A stretch of 64,000 bases of DNA from Raillietiella orientalis. Taxonomy: Eukaryota. Position 1 is the stretch's first letter; the number at the start of each line of letters is the position of its first letter. The stretch lies in contig JAYWIR010000042.1 in assembly GCA_036172245.1 (NCBI GenBank), forward strand, positions 1,488,001 to 1,552,000. The letters are read 5' to 3'. The notes below the pieces were generated by a model. It was not told the DNA's origin, ran no database searches, and saw only the letters and a program-made list of their open reading frames with translations. Positions 57,649 through 64,000 of this stretch are shown here, in pieces. The translations under genes were made by a program, and so were the position numbers.

Positions 57649-59719
57649 ACAGTTTACGCGAAGAGAAAGCAAAGATCGGATTTGAAATTCATTTGAATGA
57701 GGTGAAGGCGAAATCACAACTTCAGAGTTCCTGTAGGAACAGTCTGGTCAAGTTAACATGAATATCATCATCGTATAACACAACTTTCGGTTGACGCTCA
57801 TTCCACACATCCAAAAGAAAAAAAGATACCGTTTACTGCATAAACGGGTAAGGAAACCACATTCTCAACGCGAAAGCTTCTGAACCAAGTCAAGGGGGAC
57901 ACAATTTTTTCAATTATACCACATTAGAAACTGTTATTGATCAGACTTCACCTCAAGTTTCCTCTTTTACTCAAAATAAGCAAGCAGGCAACGTTTTCCA
58001 AACGAATACCACAATCTTCAAGTTATCTTGCAACTAAAGGTTGTTCCAATGATAACACCAGAACTTCTGGGATGTGTGAAGCAAGTCACTTTTTGTTTTA
58101 CATCCGTATGTAAACAACATTAAAGGTCAACCCGAACGAAGTCACAAAGGTTGAAGAATTAAAATGGAGTTCTGGTTCCTCGAGCTCGGAAACATAACAC
58201 AAATTGAGAATTCATTCAAAAAGTAGACACATTCTTCCCAGAACATGACGTGCATAGGAAACCACAGTGCGGCCTTAACAAAAATAAAAATATCAGATTA
58301 CCCGAATAGGACAGACCCAAGATCCATATAATCCACCGATTGGGGAACATAATATCCACACTTCTGGTGCTTGGATGAATATTGCAAAAGATTTTCCGAG
58401 ACCAACGCATCACATCTGCACAAGAGATACATTTTTTGAGCTTTGCCTTTGATGCGAAAGGAGACATTGTGAAATTTGATCCCATTTTCAACAATGCTTA
58501 CGTAAATAGTCTTGTAATGCGTAGATGGTCAGTGTGGCCAGTAAACAAATTTGATACGCTTGAGGAGAGGGAACGTCGGCTTACAGAGTGGAAGGAAAGC
58601 AAAGCTCAGATATTGAAATCATGATGTAAATTAGTTTCGCATAAAGTGTCGAATTATGAGGCGCTGATTGTCGAAGGTTGATGCATCATACGGCATAACA
58701 TCCAGCAAAAAAGAGCAGTAATTGAAAAAAGGTTTCAAGAAACTGCCACCTCGTCTCTGGCTACTTCCTCATTAAAAGACGCATCTTATTATCTGCGGTT
58801 CTCACTCACTATTCTCATGGATTAATGAGAGGGAAAAAAATGAAAACAAAATAACATGGAACATGGTGTTTGATGGTTCCTTTCAGAACTGTGTATATTT
58901 TTGCAAAGTAGGTTCCTGTTGAATTTCTTCATAATAGCACAGATTCTCGGCAGATATACTTATCTGCTGATATGCATAAAAATTCTCCGAGTCTGCTAGT
59001 GCTCATGGAGAAAAAAAGAGAAGGAAAAGCTCTGAAACACGTGACATAGGTAGCACTGTGCTCTCTTCGCGGAAGGAGAGCAGGAAAAAAAGACCGCAAA
59101 TCTCAGCAAACGCAGTTTGCGAAAAGCAGCGAACACCATTCGTAGGAAATTCCAAGTGTGTGTGGTCGTTGGGTAAAGGTCCCAGACCTGCTTTGTGAAA
59201 CATGTGCAGGATTATAAACAAGTGAATCCTTGAACGGTGGAAAAATAAAATAAAATAAAAAGGCTGGAAGGAAAAAACAGCGAAGACAGAAGAAAAAAGA
59301 AGAACCCAAACGATTTCCATCATCCAGTTCCACCGTTTGAGAATGGGTAATGAATGCTTTTTGAATCTCTCATTGAAGACTGCCAACCGTTTCCCCGAAA
59401 TTCTGGCGTTCCGTGCACTTCGTCTGTGGAGGTGCCTCTTTTCGTTTTCTTCAAGACACTTTGTTGTTTTCGACACCATGTAAAGCAAAGCGGCACTTTT
59501 GAAGTAACCTCTTAACATTTGTTCTTGAGTTTACTTTTTGCTCCCCATGTTGCTGCACGTAAGAAGGAGTGTCGAAAGACAGCTCCACTCAACCGCTGAG
59601 CGTGTCTTCTCTGTAGCAGAAAGAGATATTTCGATCCACTTCGCGGTAAAGTCGGCTTGGAAAGCCTCATCTGAGGCACTATTGGAAGGCATATTGAATC
59701 AGCCGCGGGTTTCTAGTTG

Positions 59720-61269
59720 ACAAAAGTCCCCCGTTCCCCATGTCCAGCGGGATGGGCCTCGAGGTGAGCAGGACGAAGTCGTCCGTGGTTCCCGTTGGTG
59801 CGGCGTGGGCAGGACGGCTGGCCTAGATCCACCTGGTGATCCCCAGGGGCGGGTACATAAAGTACCTTGGCGTTCCGTTGGGGGACTTCTGCGTAGCAGA
59901 AATCTGGTCCGGCCGTCTTCAAAAAGTGGAAATGGCTCTCGGCCCGTTCTAGGGAGGCAGGTTTTATCTGCCGGAACGGTCCGCGGTGTGGAACACGTTT
60001 GTGGCCTCCTTCCTTAGCTCTTGTTTTTTGTTTGCCCCCCGCCATGCAGCATCAGAAAGCGGACAAAGAACCTCTTCCGGATCGCCCTCTGGGGCAAAGG
60101 GAGGCTCCGAGTCCGCCTAAAGGACTTGTGTGCTCCGCAGTGGGACGGCAGCCTAGAACTCCTGACACTGGAGCGAATAGAGCTGCAGCTCCAGTTTCCA
60201 ACACTTTCCCTCATGGCAAACCTCTGGAGCACCACCTGATGCCAAGCTGCACGTCTTCTCGTACAGAAAGCCACGGGCAGCGTGGGGCTCGCGTTCTTCC
60301 TTGCGCGCCGTCCACGCAGTTTCATTCACTGCGGACTGCACCTGCAGCAGGTGGCTACGCTGGCTAGGAAAAAGGGATGGATCTCGTGCCGCCCCGCGAA
60401 CGCTAGTGCCTGGTTTCAGGAAACCTTTCTCATGTGGACGAGTATTCAGGAGCCAAGCGCGGAATAGGTGCGACGTTTCCTGCACGCTCCGGGAGATCCT
60501 GGAAGATCCCGCGAAGAGTGCATGAGCAAACAGAACCTCCCTCGCCGCCACGCCACCCTTTCTTAGGGAGCACATGGCCTTACGGCTAGATGAGAGGCCA
60601 CTGTGCAAATCTCCGGAAGGAGAAGAAAACAGGACGAATGGACGACGCGCCAGCTCACCGACGCTGCGACCCCAAGTGCTCGACCTCGTGGACTTTTGTG
60701 CTGGGGCATGCTACTGGGTATTCCGGAGAAGACCTGCAGTGGCCCCCGATGCTCATGAACACCCGCATCCTCGACTTAAAGTGGCAGGAGTCGACGTTGA
60801 TGCTGCTGCACTGGGACCTCCCGTGCCCGCCGTCATCATCGGACACGAGAGGGGGGGTGGACCCAAACTGTGCAAGATACGGGGAGTGAGAATCCCTCCC
60901 ACACCTCCTAGTGGACTGCGTTGCCCTCCGGTCCCTTTGGGGTCCTTTGCCTCGACCTTCGGAACTCCCGGCGGCAACGCCAGAGACGTTAGAAAGCGCC
61001 TCTTCCTGTGCGACGCCCTCACGCTGGCCGCAACTCTAGCAGCACTTTGCTGTCTACGCGAGATCGTGGCTGCGTGGAGCAACACCAGAGGAGGCCAGGA
61101 CGGCAGGGACGCCATCTGTTTTGCTGTCCTCATGAAGGCCTGCGTGCCAGTTCCCGGCAGTTTCCTTCTCGTAGTTATAAGCAACGTGGCAGGATCAGGA
61201 TCAAACGTCCTGTCACAGACGTGTGCGTTTATTTTATAAATAAACGCTCCGGCGTGACGGGGTGTCAAC
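59720..61269 (+). mobile_element. Tx1/L1-like LINE 3' fragment, copy 3
   Basis: RIALWGKGRLRVRLKDLCAPQWDG, LKWQESTLMLLHWDLP..VDPNCARYGE; colinear with 17220-18670. A deletion joins it to the 3'UTR module ending GGGGTGTCAAC. Confidence 0.85.
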
Positions 61270-61432
61270 CAGTGCCCTACTCGAATAGGCCAACCTGCGT
61301 CATCTTTGCAGGGGGGACTCGAAACCCACGACTCACCCATTTTTGGCGTCGATCCTTCCCCTGGTGGGATTCGAACCCTGGACGCTTGGTAATACGCGCA
61401 GAGAGACCGTAGCCACGTGGCCACCAACGCGG
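61270..61432 (-). mobile_element. tRNA-derived SINE-like head (same family as copies A-C), truncated
   Basis: Minus strand GTGGCCACGTGGCT..GGGTTCGAATCCCACC..AAGGATCGACGCC..GTGGGTTTCGAGTCC. Confidence 0.75.
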
Positions 61433-63673
61433 ACTGGGATCATGCGAGATGTTTGTGCGTTCACCTCATTCCTGACGTTGCCTGCAGTAACGACTTCCAG
61501 TAATGTTCATGCGGAAGCAACAAAGCAGAAACGCAACCCTTCCTTATAATGTGATTTAGGAGCAACACCAGTGAGATGACGAGACATTCCCAGTAGCAGC
61601 ACTGGGATGATTCACAGTAGCATTAGCTATGCGTATACCACTGCAGTACCATCGGCATTACAAGTAGATGACACCACGTGTGCTGCCCGTCCGCGTTGTC
61701 CTGACTGCTAAGACCCCTGGGCAGCTGGTGTTGGTTTTCGAAAGTCCTGCCATCGTTATTCACTTCGAAACTCGGAGGAAGTCTTCTTCCTCAGATGATC
61801 AAGAGGACACATGGGCATCCCTCCTCGTGTCGTTCCACTAACCTTTTGGTTTCTATTTCACCAACCCCTCCCTGTCTCTCGCTGCTTCCCTCGCGTTCTC
61901 TCAAGCAAAGCAGCTACTTCCTGATCCTCCTGTTTCCCTCTTTGCTATGTTTCTGCTTTCGTTGAGAAGAGTTAATAAGACTCGCTTTCTTCAAGATGCT
62001 TCTCGGAATATACCGACGGAAATGGCTGGCTTCTGCTAGGCAGCCTCATTGCATTACGAACTTTCTCGTGAGAACCTTCTTCTAACCCTTGGAGAAGTCT
62101 GGAGAATCCGCCCTGGAGAAGTCTGTGTTTGCTCGAAAACATTCATCCGCCCAAGTCAATTGCTGAATGTTTTCCACTCGCAACCAAAGCTGGAAAACTG
62201 TTTCTCGCAAATGTCGTCAACACTTGCGTCAGGCACCAATTCTGCAGTGACGACTTCAGTTGATATTTGGATCCTGATTGGTGCCTAGTGTGAAACGTTG
62301 GAAGAGGTAACAAAAGTAATATAAACTTTGAAGGTTAGCAATGCCATCTCGTGATTTTATTAGTAACGCAAAAATCTAGTCTCAGAGTACATCAGATGTG
62401 CTTCACAATAATTTATTTATTCGCGGTACGCAATACACCACTCGAAGAAGTGCTTTTGTGGTACTTCCTCGAACTGAGATAGCTGTCTGTGACAATATCT
62501 TACAGGCAATGAGTATCTTCAATGAAGATACAATCTCTTATGATCATTACACAGATTTAGTAATTAATGCAGTGCCAGTTAGAGAATAAGAAAAAAATGC
62601 GTCTACAGTATACCATCTTAATTGATAGTAATTAGACATTATGAAACGCAGCACGGCATAAACGGCAACCAGAGGAAAAGGCATTCCCGAGCACAAGGGC
62701 CGCGAGATCCTCTCCTACGAACACGGAAATTCCGAAAGACATCACGGATACCATCAGACAGGAAAACACGAGAAGAGGAAACGGGGTCTAAATAAAGGGT
62801 GGCAACGAGGAGCCCCATGCACCAGGGGAGTCCACAAACCACCGCTGCTGAAAGTGCGTCTACGACCTGAAGTGAAGAAAAGACTTCGCTCTGGCTGGCT
62901 CACAGAAAAACACCTCCTGTGTTCGTGTCGCGCTTTCCTTCCTTTTTCAAAGGTGTTCGCGAGATGTGCATGGGAGGCACGCAACGGACGCTGCCACGAG
63001 CATATGCGATATGTGCAGTGGAGTCATTTCCCTCAAAATTTATAGTATTTAGATATTATGCGCGCTTCAAATTATTAATTGGATTGATGAGATTTCCTAC
63101 AGCTAACTAACATACAGGGAACAGATATATTCCCAAAGAACGCGTGAATTACATGATGGGTCTTCCCCTGCTTTTGAATCATGTGGAAGAATTTGTTTGC
63201 CATAAGACACGTCGGACAGTTCCTTGGAAAGCAGGGTCACAGTACTCAAAGATTTTCTTCCGGATGCCCGAGTGAGGGGATAAACAGAGTCCCGGAGCAT
63301 TTCGGAAACAGATCGAGGAAGGTGGCATGTTCTTCTCAATTTCTTGTGTGCATCAGGTTAACTTCGACACCGATCTCCAGGAGTTTATCTTTCCGATGTG
63401 GCTTTTCTTGGAAGCTGTTTTTTGTGGCCATCGGACATGCAACATGGGAATTGCATTCCTAAACCCATGTTCCAGGAGACACCTACTAATAATTCACCGA
63501 CGAAAATCACTCGAAATCCTCGTCCTCGTACTTAGCCGTCTGCAAACCCATTACTTCCAAACGCATGTAAGGGGATGCGAGTAGAGTGGACCAAAGTTGG
63601 ACTGCCTCATGAGCATGTGCATACGAGGGTTACGCAAAAGTCTACTGTGACTTGCGTAGCTGATAGCTTAGGG

Positions 63674-63914
63674 CAGCGTTTCCCAAACTTTTCCTACGAC
63701 AGAGCACTTCACACATCCTGAATTTTAAGGGAATACCTTGGTTATTTTATAAGGTAGGTGGATATTGCTAATGAATAACTTAAGCAAGTAAATCTACGAG
63801 TTAAGAAAACAAAACAAACATTTACTCTCAAATTTTAATTAGGTAAAACAAAACACACGAAAATAGTAAAATAAACTTAACACCAGTGTACCGAGGAATG
63901 TTTGGGAGATGCTG
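63674..63914. mobile_element. hAT-family MITE (Charlie/Buster-like), 241 bp
   Basis: TIRs CAGCGTTTCCCAAAC / GTTTGGGAGATGCTG (13/15 match) flanked by a perfect 8-bp TSD GCTTAGGG (63666-63673 and 63915-63922) with central TA. Confidence 0.9.
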
Positions 63915-64000
63915 GCTTAGGGAACTGTTCCTTTTTCTTCCTCTTCCTTTCTGTTTTGCGTCGAAAAATTCTGCACTGAACGAAACTGCCTGTTGAGAAC

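Overview
Eukaryotic (animal, most likely arthropod-like) genomic DNA with many very short GT-AG introns (42-65 nt). Four genes can be reconstructed exon by exon: the 3' part of an RSPH10B-like MORN-repeat radial-spoke gene (+, 159-2947), TIP41/TIPRL (-, 43084-35869) head-to-head with TMEM185 (+, 43899-49739), and an RTP-like zf-3CxxC gene (-, ~57.1-57.65 kb) whose last CxxC is out of frame. A weaker candidate single-pass membrane gene lies at 22.07-23.35 kb (-). The 3.4-25.2 kb interval is a nested retroelement graveyard: Tx1/L1-like LINE pieces, an I-group-like LINE remnant, a composite tRNA-headed SINE-like family and a ~1 kb foldback element. The most interesting signal is a ~3.6 kb frameshifted minus-strand stretch (9.1-12.7 kb). 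By manual translation it shows a colinear series of motifs resembling orthomyxovirus (Articulavirales) PB2, and it sits inside a split copy of the SINE-like element: a candidate endogenous RNA-virus element from a divergent virus with an oversized PB2. Also notable is a ~250 bp inverted repeat pair in the first introns of TIPRL and TMEM185 that is symmetric about the TA tract in their shared promoter. All homology calls are from by-eye comparison to remembered sequences, not database searches; TE boundaries are approximate.
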